From a virus: DNA of 64,000 nt. Location of the stretch: positions 12,088-76,087 of IMG/VR virus record IMGVR_UViG_3300031957_002648; one strand, given 5' to 3'. The first letter of the stretch is position 1. The number at the start of each line of letters is the position of its first letter. Below, piece after piece: positions 38,301 to 48,650 of the stretch. Under the pieces are notes generated by a model. The model was not told the origin of the DNA and made no database searches. It worked only from the letters and a program-made list of their open reading frames with translations. A program made the position numbers and the translations under genes.

Positions 38301-41300
38301 TTGAGCTTCTTGTACTCTAACAATATCTACATCAACGATTGTCCCATCAACAATATTTGGAGTAACAAGTACAGTGAGACCAGTTCCAACAAAGTTAATT
38401 GTTGTGAAAGATGCGCCAACAAAATCGCCTGCAGACTGAATACCAATCGCAGCATTAAAGTTACTGCTAAGACCACTGAATCTATTATCAGCCGTACCAT
38501 CAAATCTGGATGCAGTAACTACGCCAGTAGAGTTAAGTTGATCTACCGAGGCGAGACCACCAGTAAAGTTGGTAATAACACCAGTTACAGCCTGAAGTAG
38601 TTGTGCATCCAGAGTATTAACAAACAAAGAATTGTCAATACTTAGATTAGTAATAATACCAGTGACGGCTTGTAGAGTCTGGAAGTCTCCAACACTATAG
38701 TAAGCGTTAGTACCACTGAGGTCAGTTACGACACCAGTTACAGCATAAAGTTCTTGAGTGTCAGTAACCGTAGAGAATGAATTGGTTGTCCTTAGATCAG
38801 TAATTGTCGCTGCAGTTGCAGTAAGATTTGTAACTACACCACTAACTGCAAAGAGTTCTTGAGTATCGACAACGGTAGAGAATGAGTTTGTAGTTCTCAG
38901 ATCGGTGACAACACCAGCAACAGCCTGTAGAGTCTGGAAATCACCAACGTTATAGAATAGGTTGGTTCCACTGAGATCCGTTACAACACCAGTGACGGCT
39001 TGTAGGGTTTGGAAGTCACCAACGTTATAGTATAGGTTGGTTCCATTTAAATCTGTTATAGTGCCGGTGCCAGCGTTAATGTTTCCATTGAATGCGTTAG
39101 CAGTAACAACACCAAGAACATTTACATCACCTTCGACTAGGACTTGCCCGGTTAGAGTAGTAAGTCCGGTTACATCTAGAGACGTGACAGAAGCAACACC
39201 ACCAATGACATTAATTGCTGTCTCAGCTTCATCAGCACCAGCAACTCTGAGGATGTTGATATTTCCTTGAGTGATGTTGCCTGGTTCTGGATCAACTGTA
39301 ACAACTAGATTTGTACCACTGAAATTGAGATTGGTAAATGCTCCACCAACATATGTTCCCGCAGAAGATAGTCCAACAGCAGCATTAAAATTGCTACTTA
39401 GACCAGTAAATCTATCATCAGCAGCACCAATAAAGTTAGTGGCAGTAATAACACCACCGACACTAATGTCATTCTCAACCAGAACTTGTCCCGTAAGAGT
39501 AGAAATGCCAGAGACATCTAGAGTAGTTACGGAAGCAATACCACCAATGACATTGATTGCTGTCTCAGCATCATCAGCAGCAGCAACTCTAAGGATATTG
39601 ATATTTGCTTGTGTAATGTTTCCGGGTTCTGGATCAACAGTAACTTCAAGGTTTGTGCCGATAAAGTTTAGTTGAGTAAAGGCACCACCAACATATGTTC
39701 CTGCAGATAGAATACCAACAGCAGCATTGAAGTTGCTGCTAAGACCACTGAATCTATTATCAGCGGTTCCGTCAAGTCTAGAAGCAGTAACTACGCCAGT
39801 AGAGTTAAGTTGATCTACTGAAGCAAGGCCACCAGTGAAGTTGGTAATAACACCAGTGACTGCATTTAGAGTTTGTAGATCACCAGTTGTGTAGAATGCA
39901 TTAGTGCCGCTAATATCAGTAACTACACCAGCAACAGCCTGTAAAGTCTGAGCATCAACTACACTGTAGTATGCATTAGTACCACTTAGATCTGTAACAA
40001 TACCAGTAACAGCCTGTAGAGTCTGAGTATCTACAACACTGTAGTATGCATTAGTGCCAGAAAGATTCGTTACGACACCAGTTTGAGCATACAGTTCTGT
40101 AAAGATTCCAACATTAGCCTTAACAGTGCCACTTACATCCAAATCAGCGTTAACATCAACAAAGTCTTGGAAAGTGGATACTCCAGTGACTTGTAGTTGT
40201 GCTAAAGAAGTAATACCTGTGGCATAAAAATCTTTAGTAGTAAGAATGCCACTAAAGTTACCATTGATTGCATTAATATTATCAAGACTTAAATCTTCAG
40301 CAATGTATAGATCGCCACCAACATATAGATCGCCACCGGTTGTGGTGATGCCACCTTGGCCCGCCAAAGTTACAGCAATACCAGTAGGATCTGCTAGTCC
40401 AGCAACAGATAGTGCAGTTCCGACTAGAACATTCGTGAGAGTTGTAAATCCAGCACTGTTAATATTTTCAATAGTAGCAGCAGTGCTAGTGAAGTTAGTG
40501 ATAACGCCACTAGTATAATACAGATTCTCACCACTCATAGTGGTGCCAATACCAACTTCAGTGTTCAGAATATCAAAGTTTCCATAGTCAAAGTCAGCAT
40601 TTTGTCCTGCCAGAGCCGTAATAAATCCAGTCTGTGCAAATACTGATCTGATGCCAGCGTTGTTATTGACAACAAGATCATCAGTTATTAGATTGGTAAT
40701 TGTACCAATACCAGATAGAATTTGACCATTGAAGGTTAGAGCTGTAGCAACTCCAAGAACAATAAGTTCTCTCAGCTCACCAACATCTTCAAGACTTGAC
40801 TCTGTAATAGTTGGACCAAGGACTCCTGCAGAAAGAACAGTATCTACTCCAACCTTATATGCACCAGTTGCAGTGACACCTAATCCAGTATCAGATTGAA
40901 GAACGCCAGCACTATATGAATAAACAAAATTCTTTTGAATGTTCTCGGATCCAATTCCAATACCTGCTCCGTCAAGTAAGAACTCGGTTGCAATACCAGT
41001 AGCGATAGCAACCTTGAAGTCGGCAAGTTCAATGATGGAAGAGTCTACAGTAAACTGACTACCATCAACGAATAGATCTCCTCTGATCCTTACAATACCA
41101 CTATTAATTCCAAGTGGAGATTGTGGATCAATGAAGATAATTTCTGGGCCAAGAATAGTATCTGTACTGATTGTAAAACCAGAAGATCCTGCACCAGTTA
41201 CAAAGAGTGGAGCATTAATTGATGATCCAGCAGAAACCGTTCCGTCAAGTCTAGATTCACCAATAACACTTAATCCACCACCAACTAAGGCGTCACCTTG

Positions 41301-43013
41301 TACATCTAAAGTGTTGTTGATGTCAGTAAATCCACCAATGGTGGTGACACCAGTAATAATAACGCTAGATCCAATAGAAACATTCTCATCAAATGTTGAG
41401 TTCTGTTCAAAGAATGAGATGTTTTGGAATGTAGTTACACCGGTTACTAGGAAATCGGAATCAACAATGACAGAATTTCCAGCAGAGTCAAGTGTTAGAA
41501 TTCCAACATTAGTATCAATAATATTTTCTCCAGTGATTGCTAGATTAATATCATTAATTCTAGCTCCATTGTTTGCATCAAGGAGATCATTGAGTGTAGT
41601 GATTCCAGTAACGAGTAAGTTCTCATCAATCGTTACATCAACCAAGAAGGAAGCATCACTCTGGAATGTAGAAGGTCCAGTGACAGTAGAAGCACCACTG
41701 ACAAGTAGATTTTGATCTACAGTTGCATCTTGTTGGAAGGTAGCATCAGACTGGAAGGTAGAAATACCCTCAACATTTAGAGAACTATTTGCATCAATCG
41801 CACCGGCAAATGTAGAGACACCAGATACGTTAAGATCATCTAGCTCAGTTTGTCCATCGACATCAACATCACCATTGGCATCAAGAGCTCCAGTTAGTGT
41901 AGTAACACCAGCAACAGTCAATCCAGCACCTAAAACATTTAGTGTGCGAGCTGTGGCAATACCAGTTACATTCAATAATATTGTAGTAAAATCTTCTACA
42001 TTAACAAACTTGGCATCAACTGTACCAGTGCTAAGAATGCCACTACGAATAGTTGTACCACCACCAACAAAAACAGTAGTATCTTCACTGAATGTAGCAA
42101 TACCAGCATCTACATCTAAGAAATCTCTGACAGTTAATACACCAATATTAGCCTGGTTTACAGTAATACCAATACCAGTAAAGGTGGCAATGCCCTGACT
42201 TCTAAACTGTACAGTTTCAAAATCAAATACATTTACAAAATTAGCATCAACAGTACGAGTGCTGATGATACCGCTAGTGATGGTAGTTAAACCACCGACT
42301 TGTAATGGGCCTCCAGTAGATGCAATGGAAATGCCATTAAAGAATGTAGATGGTCCTACAAATGTAGAAATGCCATTTACAAATAAATTTTCAGTTTCAA
42401 TATCACCAAAGTCACCAAAAGATCCATCGATACTAAGAGCCGTCAGGACACCAGTAACGTTTAGATTACCATCGATCTGAGCATCACCAACTACATCTAA
42501 GAAGTATTGAGGGATAGTGCTACCAATACCTACCTTACGAGTGGTGTAGATACCAGCAGTTTCTTCATCTGTAGATTCACCAGACCTATCTCTAAGCCAT
42601 CTGGGATCCAATCTAATATCAGCTAAGTTCGGGTTGATTGTGTTTGTACTAATACCCAACAACTGATCTGAAATAATGTTAATTCCTGTGAAGGAAGTAA
42701 CACCTAAAATATCTCCGTCTTCTGCAATAAAAATAGCGTTCGTATCAAAAGGTGGGGCTGCCACCCATCTCAGTCCATCAATATCTCTGGTTAGGAAGTA
42801 TGCAAACTCACCATCAGAACCATCAACGTCAATAATTCTTGTTGCTTTGAGATCTCCTCTTATATCTAAATTATAATCGGCAACAAATTCAGTCGAACCT
42901 ATACCCGCACGACCAACAAGACCGAAGACATCCCTCTCTTCAGAAAATCCAGGTACGCCGATTCTGGAGTCTGGTACTCTGCCATTAGAGTACCTGATTG
43001 GTTGCTTCGCCAT
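35352..43013 (-). CDS. Giant repeat-rich tail-fibre protein (2553 aa)
   Basis: V/T/G-rich beta repeats, 25-aa tandem arrays, C-terminal DDISSGFNG...QQP domain. Confidence 0.85.
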   Translation of the reverse strand: MAKQPIRYSNGRVPDSRIGVPGFSEERDVFGLVGRAGIGSTEFVADYNLDIRGDLKATRIIDVDGSDGEFAYFLTRDIDGLRWVAAPPFDTNAIFIAEDGDILGVTSFTGINIISDQLLGISTNTINPNLADIRLDPRWLRDRSGESTDEETAGIYTTRKVGIGSTIPQYFLDVVGDAQIDGNLNVTGVLTALSIDGSFGDFGDIETENLFVNGISTFVGPSTFFNGISIASTGGPLQVGGLTTITSGIISTRTVDANFVNVFDFETVQFRSQGIATFTGIGITVNQANIGVLTVRDFLDVDAGIATFSEDTTVFVGGGTTIRSGILSTGTVDAKFVNVEDFTTILLNVTGIATARTLNVLGAGLTVAGVTTLTGALDANGDVDVDGQTELDDLNVSGVSTFAGAIDANSSLNVEGISTFQSDATFQQDATVDQNLLVSGASTVTGPSTFQSDASFLVDVTIDENLLVTGITTLNDLLDANNGARINDINLAITGENIIDTNVGILTLDSAGNSVIVDSDFLVTGVTTFQNISFFEQNSTFDENVSIGSSVIITGVTTIGGFTDINNTLDVQGDALVGGGLSVIGESRLDGTVSAGSSINAPLFVTGAGSSGFTISTDTILGPEIIFIDPQSPLGINSGIVRIRGDLFVDGSQFTVDSSIIELADFKVAIATGIATEFLLDGAGIGIGSENIQKNFVYSYSAGVLQSDTGLGVTATGAYKVGVDTVLSAGVLGPTITESSLEDVGELRELIVLGVATALTFNGQILSGIGTITNLITDDLVVNNNAGIRSVFAQTGFITALAGQNADFDYGNFDILNTEVGIGTTMSGENLYYTSGVITNFTSTAATIENINSAGFTTLTNVLVGTALSVAGLADPTGIAVTLAGQGGITTTGGDLYVGGDLYIAEDLSLDNINAINGNFSGILTTKDFYATGITSLAQLQVTGVSTFQDFVDVNADLDVSGTVKANVGIFTELYAQTGVVTNLSGTNAYYSVVDTQTLQAVTGIVTDLSGTNAYYSVVDAQTLQAVAGVVTDISGTNAFYTTGDLQTLNAVTGVITNFTGGLASVDQLNSTGVVTASRLDGTADNRFSGLSSNFNAAVGILSAGTYVGGAFTQLNFIGTNLEVTVDPEPGNITQANINILRVAAADDAETAINVIGGIASVTTLDVSGISTLTGQVLVENDISVGGVITATNFIGAADDRFTGLSSNFNAAVGLSSAGTYVGGAFTNLNFSGTNLVVTVDPEPGNITQGNINILRVAGADEAETAINVIGGVASVTSLDVTGLTTLTGQVLVEGDVNVLGVVTANAFNGNINAGTGTITDLNGTNLYYNVGDFQTLQAVTGVVTDLSGTNLFYNVGDFQTLQAVAGVVTDLRTTNSFSTVVDTQELFAVSGVVTNLTATAATITDLRTTNSFSTVTDTQELYAVTGVVTDLSGTNAYYSVGDFQTLQAVTGIITNLSIDNSLFVNTLDAQLLQAVTGVITNFTGGLASVDQLNSTGVVTASRFDGTADNRFSGLSSNFNAAIGIQSAGDFVGASFTTINFVGTGLTVLVTPNIVDGTIVDVDIVRVQEAQSADFSELSGVATSVIGGIASVTALDVVGLTTLTGQVLIEGDVNVLGVVTANAFNGNINAGTGTITDLNGTNAFYNIGDFQTLNAVSGIITNLNIDNTLFVNTLDAQLLQGVSGVITNFTSTASTITDLNTTNIFSTVVDTQELYAVSGVITNFTGTAATITDLNTTNIFSNVVDTQELYAVTGVVTDLSGTNAFYNTVDVQTLNAVSGVITDLNIDNTLFVNTLDAQLLQGVSGVITDLSGTNAFYSVGDFQTLQGVVGVITDLSGTNAFYNVVDAQTLQGVSGVVTTLTSTDVTVQGGLQVNGFATITQDLTVTGDLAVGGVLTYEDVRNVDSIGLVTARVGLNVGDPTIGIAVTISSDGNGDFTGIVTALRFVGETLEATGVVTTNNLFVTGPSTFEGPVETPSLVIDGDGAVGGNLEVTGITTLNQLEVNDLVISGILTTFGFIATDAYIQYAGITTLNAVSGIITNLNIDNSLFVNTLDAQLLQAVTGVVTDLSGTNAFYNVVDAQTLQGVAGVVTDLSGTNAYYSVVDAQTLQGVAGVVTDLSGTNAYYSVGDFQTLQAVTGVVTDLSGTNAFYNVVDAQTLQGVVGVVTDLSGTNAFYDVVDAQTLQGLTGVVTDLSGTNAYYSVGDLQTLQAVSGVVTDLSGTNAFYSVVDAQTLQGVAGVVTDLSGTNAYYSVGDFQTLQGVAGVVTDLSGSNAYYTTGDFQTLQGVAGVITDLSGTNAYYSVGDLQTLQAVAGVVTDLSGTNAYYSVGDLQTLQAVTGVVTDLRTTNLFSTVVDTQELYAVTGVVTNFVGTSATVFDQFNVGVGGTILTAFYNFLPGNAGIASVGIGSANPQELLDVGGDARIGGNLNVVGILTAQNVTEFKFADDISSGFNGITTQFTLSTDGTNYLNSEITTSARLLISVGGIVQQPDVLQQVGYYISGGTDRTTDPITLNFAEAPRAGAAFFGIIYGLTIAPSVAYVTQETSIINAIIFG
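35955..36854 (-). repeat. 12 x 75-bp coding tandem repeat (D-x-QTLQxVxGVVTDLSGTNAxYxVx)
   Basis: Counted from the translation; further dispersed copies lie between about 37440 and 40090. Confidence 0.92.
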
Positions 43014-43020
43014 TTCAATC

Positions 43021-43365
43021 TTAGATGTTTGTTGTTTCTAGAACGCTTAATAAAAACTTTAGGCCTGGAGTTGTGCTACCAACTGTCACTAACTTATCTC
43101 CTGTTTCCAGAACAAGTTTTCCAGATAGAAGAGCCGCTGTTTCATCTGCAGGAATAGGAATAGATTTTATCAGATCAACATCATCTTGACCTTCTCTTCT
43201 AAAACCTAGAGTAAATGTTTCTGTCTCAGTGCTGATGTTTGTTGTTTGGGCAAGGAGAACAATGCCAACAAATCCAATAGGAGCTTCATATACCTCAGTG
43301 GTATTGATTCCAACAATTTGTGTAACTGTTTTAAACTGATTAACAGCTGCTGCTGCAATTGCCAT
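43021..43365 (-). CDS. Small fibre-associated structural protein (114 aa)
   Basis: NQFKTVT...VYEAP...GKLVLETGD...LSVLET. Confidence 0.75.
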   Translation of the reverse strand: MAIAAAAVNQFKTVTQIVGINTTEVYEAPIGFVGIVLLAQTTNISTETETFTLGFRREGQDDVDLIKSIPIPADETAALLSGKLVLETGDKLVTVGSTTPGLKFLLSVLETTNI

Positions 43366-43368
43366 TGA

Positions 43369-46300
43369 TTACTCTCCTCCTAGTGCCAGAATGAATGGTG
43401 TTACCTGTACAAATAAACTCTTAGAATAATCTCTACCAGATACTGTACCTGTTGTTTGGTTAATCACAACCCCATCACCGATTCTAAAGTTACCTCTTTC
43501 ATCCGTGCTTGTGTAAATAACCTCACCACCATCAACTTTGATGACTTCATCCTCTTGTCTGGAAACTCCACCGCGAGATGGATATGCAAATTCAATAGTG
43601 TTACCTGCTCCAATAAACTCAAATGAATGAGATGATGCAATTTGCAGGCTCTGTCTAGAGAAATATGCAGTGCTTCCTACACCTACGTCATTATTTAGGG
43701 TCTGTACCAAAGTCACTGTGCTGATTCCAGCGTAAGGAGTTGTAGCAGAATCAACACCATAATAAACTGGAGTCATTAATGCTGTAGCAGCTGCTCCAAC
43801 TCCTGTAGTATCTCCTGGTTGATTGGTAAAAGTAATGCTAGGAGCATACTGATACTGTAGACCCTGAGACAATAGATTGACTGTGGTTACTTTACCATCA
43901 GCATCAATGCTAGATGTTGCCTGAGCATTAATTGCGTTACCAGGACCAGTTGGGAATTCTATATTAACTTTTGGTGGTAATGTATATCCAGATCCACCAT
44001 CAGTAACTAAAATGTCCTCAATAGTCGTGTATAATTCATCAAAGTATAATGCCTGACCACCATAAGGTTTGAATGTACCGACACCAGAAACTTGTATTGT
44101 AGAACTTCCTCTAGTAGACGTATTGACAACTCTAGCAGTATATCTATCAGCAGAGCTTGTAGTATTATCACCAACGCCAATAGCAATCAGACCTCTAGTA
44201 CCAAAAGAAGAGTTGGAGTTAGTAAGGTCAAGTTGACCACCCTTGACTGCAGAGATAGCAGTATCACAACAGATAGTAAAGATTGACACCAACTGACAAT
44301 AAGCACCGTTGGATACGGAAACACCAATGCCACCTTGGTTGAACTGAGTGTAAGAGTCCACGTTGAATGAACCCTGAATGCCCAGATCATTTTCCTGATC
44401 TCCCTCATCAGCTGCAAATCCATCGATTCTAGCACCAATACTATTCTTGATAAAGTTGGTGCAGTTAATAATATATGGTCCCTTACGAATGATACCTACA
44501 CCTTGAGAAGGAATTGCATCGGGATCAGTCTGACCAGCTCCAGCGTTACCAGGATATGTGGTCGTAAAACCTGCCCATGGTTCTGGGGCTGTAGTTCCAA
44601 GTCCAACATTATCAAGATAATTTTGTAGAATACCAGTTACAATACCAATACAAGATCTAATAGCAGAGACTACGTTTGCACATCCTTGTAGATCTCTGTT
44701 CCAACCAAAGACAGGATCTCCCTGCATGGATAGGTCTCTTAGTTGAGTAAACTCTTCTTGGAAATTTCCAAATCTTTGGACGGTTCCTCCACTTGTATAA
44801 ATGTGGTTGATTGTCGAAATGCCTACTACGGATTCAAATCTAGTAGAATCAATAACTTTATACACATCATAAATTTGGCCAAGTCTGGCGGATGGGAACA
44901 CAACTTCCGTAACTCCACCATCATATAAACATGTAAATCCTAGACCAACAAGTTCGACTGGATCGTCAATCGATAAGTTATGAGATTCGTTTGTTGTGAT
45001 AGTTACAATACCAATATCATTATCATATTCAGCAGCAATAACATTTACATTCGTTCCGATTGGGAATTGACCGGCACCAACATTATTGATTACAGATCTA
45101 ACAGGTTTGAATACATGATTCAAAGTTGCAATGGTCTGTTCAATTTCTTCATTCCTTCTGAGGAATGTATCAATCAATGATCCATCATCATTGAAGTATG
45201 ACTTTGCAGCACCAATACACTTGGAGTTACCACCCCTAGTGATGTCATGGGCTACTGATAGGAGAATAGTTCCGACATCTAGAGCACACTTGTCAATATC
45301 ATCAATGTCAACACCAAACACTGTTGTAATTCCAGTGAGGTAAGATACTCCTGTTCCAATACTGTTGGTCACAATGCCTGCCAGGTTCTCAATGGTAGCA
45401 CCAACTGCAACACATCCTTCAGATACTCTGAGAACAGATGGGCTAATAGATTGTCCTAATGTTGTATACTTCTTAACTTTCTGAGAACTGCCGGTGTCTG
45501 GAATATAATTGTGAATGATGCTGGAGATACCAACATTTGTGACGTATGTGGTGAGACCAACAACGCTATCAACAACAAAATTGAGACCTCTTGGACTTAG
45601 ATTGAGATCTTCTACTGGGAAAACATTTGTCGTAACACCAGATACTCTAACAATACCTCCACTGACATATGTGTGTGCAAAACCTACAGTCTCAATAGGA
45701 ATAGTAAAATCTGTAGACGTTCCTACAGAGCTAACAGTGTAGTTACCAATATACTTAACACCATATAAGAATCCACCACTGTCATAGACATGATCAATTG
45801 TGGAAATTCCAGCATTGATTGTTAATGTGCTGGAACCAACAGATATAACTTCAAATTCACTACCTTGAGTTCCATCTGGGAATACTGTAGTAGTAATACC
45901 AATCTTAATTTTACCACCCTGATCATAAGTATGAGCGATGGTGCTGATACCAACGTTCGTAACTAAAGTTGTTCCAGCAGAACCAGCTAGAACATTGTAA
46001 ATGAATCCTTGTGTACCATCTGGGAAGAACGTAGTCGTAACTCCAGCGTGCTCTACAGAACAAGTAAATTCAATATCACGAAGTTCTACTAAATCACCAT
46101 CGATTAATCCGTGATTCTCTACAGTAAGAATCGTACTTACTCCAGTCGCAGCATCATACTGGAAATCATAAATTAAAATCTCGTTATTATATGGCAAGCA
46201 TGTAAATGCAACACCAGTCAGATTGACCGTCTCACCAGCAGTAATGTTATGATCTTTCTTCAGAGTGACTGTTGATAGGCCGGTGCTCTTATCATATTCA

Positions 46301-48558
46301 AAATCTTGAATTGCAAATTCAATACCAAGTCTGCTTGGGAATATGTTAGTAGTGATTCCAGTCTGTACTGTTCCGCCACTAACATAAGTATGAGCAAATC
46401 CAACTGCACCAACGTTAGCTTCAAATTGATTTCCAGAATTTACTTTCTGTACTTTATATTGATCTGCGTATTGTACTTCAGATAAGATACCATGAGAAGC
46501 ATAGGTGTGAGCAATAGTAGAAATGCCAGCATTGATTACAAGAGTAGAGGAACCAACAGAGACAACTCTAAACGTATCACCTTGAGTTCCATCTGGGAAG
46601 ATAGTTGTAGTGACACCAGCGTGTTCTACTCCACAAGTAAACTCAATGTCAGCTAGTTTAACGTCAGCACCTGCTAAGATATTATGATTTTTATTTAAGG
46701 TAATTGTAGAAACACCTGTTGACTCAGTGTAAACAAAGTCGGAAATACCATACTCGATACCTTGAGTGCTTGGGAATACATCTGTTGTGATTCCAGTCTC
46801 TACACTACCGCTCCCTTCATAAACGTGAGGAATGGTTGACGTACCAACTTGAGTTGTGAATGTGGTAGAACCAACAGCAGTGATGACTGTGTTAAAGATT
46901 CTCCCATTAGTGCCATCAGGGAAAATGGTTGTAGTGACACCAGCGTGCTCAACTGCACATGAGAACTCAAGGTCAGAAAGCCTTAGAGACATTCCTCTGT
47001 TGAGTAGGTGAGGAGCATCGGTGGTAACTGTTAAGATGCCACTTACATTATCATAAGAAGCTGTAGAGATTCCAAAGATGGTATCAAAACCTTTGGAACA
47101 TTCCATCTTAATGTCATGGAATTTGATTGCCATCCCAGCAGCTAGAAGATGATCTCCACTGGTAGTCACTGTCATGACACCAGAAACGTTATCATAGTCA
47201 GCAGCGGTGATACCTAGAAGACTATCATAAGATTTTGTACAACTAAACTCTATACCATCAAATGAAACTGCTTGTCCGGTTGTAATTCCATGAGCAGTCT
47301 TTGTGATTACTGTAGAAACTCCTGAGACATTATCATATTGGAAATCGTAAATATCAACTGTATTATTATATGGTGAGCATGTAAATGCTAGACCAACTAG
47401 ATTGACAATATCATTTGCAACAAGACTATGTGCAACTCCCGTAGTTACAGTGGCTACACCAGTTGATTCTGTATAGTCAAACGAATTAATATTAAGAGCA
47501 TTGCCAACTAAAAGACCACTACTATATGGACGGTTGTTAATGACATCAGTTGAGATGGCTACGGCACGTTCAATTGCCTCAATAGTTGCATCCGCAATAC
47601 TATATCCATTACTATCAACACCATCAACGTGATCTAGAACTCCACCAGTAAAGTATGACTGTGCTGCACCAATAGATTTTTTATTGCTATTAGACTTGAG
47701 ATCATTAGAGATAGCTCTAATCAAATCTTTAATATCATCACTGCAATTATCAGCACTGAGAGGAGCACCACCACTATCACTAATAACAAAAGGAGGATCT
47801 AGATAATCGGTAGATGTTAGATATCCAACTGCTTCTTCCGCAATAAAATCAATATTTTGATCAAGTAATCTAGCAGCATCCTGTGCTCTGTTTCCACCAG
47901 CAAATCCACTGAGTCCACTGGTCAAAAAACCAACTGCTTCAGTTCTAAGGTACTTTAGATTCTGTCTAATGAGTCTTGCAGCATCAAAGAATCTATCAGA
48001 GGAAACTCCTAAGAGTGGTCTAAAAGCAATTACAGCTGCATCATTACTGACTGTACCAACAAAAGAAAGATCCTGAACTGTTCCACCACCACCCAACCAA
48101 ATTAAATCTTCTGTGGTATTCTGTGGTTGAAGTAAAGTGTTTCTAAGATCGGCACCCGCAAGGGTGACGAAATCTTGCATTACAATTGGATTGTCTTCGA
48201 TGTAAGTTCCGCCATCGATTTTAATGACATCTCCAGGAGTCGCAATGCCAGCGGCTTTCTTGATGGTAAGGAAGGGGAAGTCGGGGGAGTCGCCTTGGTT
48301 AAGATCATCACCATTTGTTGCTACAAACCATGTATTTCCAGGAGGAACATTGTTGATATTGATTATTCTTGTACCAACACCAACACCTGCAGTATCTTGT
48401 TTTACTGACAGTGTACCATCAAAATAATTATAAGCTAATTCACCTTGAAGAAGATCATCAACGCTAGGTCTTCTACCTTTAACGGATGTCCTTCTAGTTT
48501 GTATTCTCGTAGAGCTATTAACTCCTACATTTATTGAATCGCTATCAGGTGCTGCCAC
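43369..48558 (-). CDS. Large tail-fibre / structural protein (1729 aa) with about 90-aa internal repeats
   Basis: WFVATNGDD...PFLTIKKA N-terminal domain; repeats YDNxSGVxTxTTxxxHxL...FTC...TTIFP; pectin-lyase-like DSYTQFNQGG segment. Confidence 0.85.
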   Translation of the reverse strand: MAAPDSDSINVGVNSSTRIQTRRTSVKGRRPSVDDLLQGELAYNYFDGTLSVKQDTAGVGVGTRIININNVPPGNTWFVATNGDDLNQGDSPDFPFLTIKKAAGIATPGDVIKIDGGTYIEDNPIVMQDFVTLAGADLRNTLLQPQNTTEDLIWLGGGGTVQDLSFVGTVSNDAAVIAFRPLLGVSSDRFFDAARLIRQNLKYLRTEAVGFLTSGLSGFAGGNRAQDAARLLDQNIDFIAEEAVGYLTSTDYLDPPFVISDSGGAPLSADNCSDDIKDLIRAISNDLKSNSNKKSIGAAQSYFTGGVLDHVDGVDSNGYSIADATIEAIERAVAISTDVINNRPYSSGLLVGNALNINSFDYTESTGVATVTTGVAHSLVANDIVNLVGLAFTCSPYNNTVDIYDFQYDNVSGVSTVITKTAHGITTGQAVSFDGIEFSCTKSYDSLLGITAADYDNVSGVMTVTTSGDHLLAAGMAIKFHDIKMECSKGFDTIFGISTASYDNVSGILTVTTDAPHLLNRGMSLRLSDLEFSCAVEHAGVTTTIFPDGTNGRIFNTVITAVGSTTFTTQVGTSTIPHVYEGSGSVETGITTDVFPSTQGIEYGISDFVYTESTGVSTITLNKNHNILAGADVKLADIEFTCGVEHAGVTTTIFPDGTQGDTFRVVSVGSSTLVINAGISTIAHTYASHGILSEVQYADQYKVQKVNSGNQFEANVGAVGFAHTYVSGGTVQTGITTNIFPSRLGIEFAIQDFEYDKSTGLSTVTLKKDHNITAGETVNLTGVAFTCLPYNNEILIYDFQYDAATGVSTILTVENHGLIDGDLVELRDIEFTCSVEHAGVTTTFFPDGTQGFIYNVLAGSAGTTLVTNVGISTIAHTYDQGGKIKIGITTTVFPDGTQGSEFEVISVGSSTLTINAGISTIDHVYDSGGFLYGVKYIGNYTVSSVGTSTDFTIPIETVGFAHTYVSGGIVRVSGVTTNVFPVEDLNLSPRGLNFVVDSVVGLTTYVTNVGISSIIHNYIPDTGSSQKVKKYTTLGQSISPSVLRVSEGCVAVGATIENLAGIVTNSIGTGVSYLTGITTVFGVDIDDIDKCALDVGTILLSVAHDITRGGNSKCIGAAKSYFNDDGSLIDTFLRRNEEIEQTIATLNHVFKPVRSVINNVGAGQFPIGTNVNVIAAEYDNDIGIVTITTNESHNLSIDDPVELVGLGFTCLYDGGVTEVVFPSARLGQIYDVYKVIDSTRFESVVGISTINHIYTSGGTVQRFGNFQEEFTQLRDLSMQGDPVFGWNRDLQGCANVVSAIRSCIGIVTGILQNYLDNVGLGTTAPEPWAGFTTTYPGNAGAGQTDPDAIPSQGVGIIRKGPYIINCTNFIKNSIGARIDGFAADEGDQENDLGIQGSFNVDSYTQFNQGGIGVSVSNGAYCQLVSIFTICCDTAISAVKGGQLDLTNSNSSFGTRGLIAIGVGDNTTSSADRYTARVVNTSTRGSSTIQVSGVGTFKPYGGQALYFDELYTTIEDILVTDGGSGYTLPPKVNIEFPTGPGNAINAQATSSIDADGKVTTVNLLSQGLQYQYAPSITFTNQPGDTTGVGAAATALMTPVYYGVDSATTPYAGISTVTLVQTLNNDVGVGSTAYFSRQSLQIASSHSFEFIGAGNTIEFAYPSRGGVSRQEDEVIKVDGGEVIYTSTDERGNFRIGDGVVINQTTGTVSGRDYSKSLFVQVTPFILALGGE

Positions 48559-48586
48559 AGTTATTACATGTAGGTCCGGTTATGGT

Positions 48587-48625
48587 TATTTAGTAAATCC
48601 AAATAAACTTATTTTTGTCTAAATA
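48587..48625. promoter_or_regulatory. Divergent late promoters
   Basis: CTAAATA on the minus strand (48587-48593) and on the plus strand (48619-48625). Confidence 0.7.
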
Positions 48626-48650
48626 GCATCGAACACCAAATTATCCTTAA

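Noticed and set aside
37018-42876. Long plus-strand ORFs (up to 194 aa) in the fibre region
   Set aside because: Antisense artefacts of the V/T/G-rich codon pattern of the fibre gene
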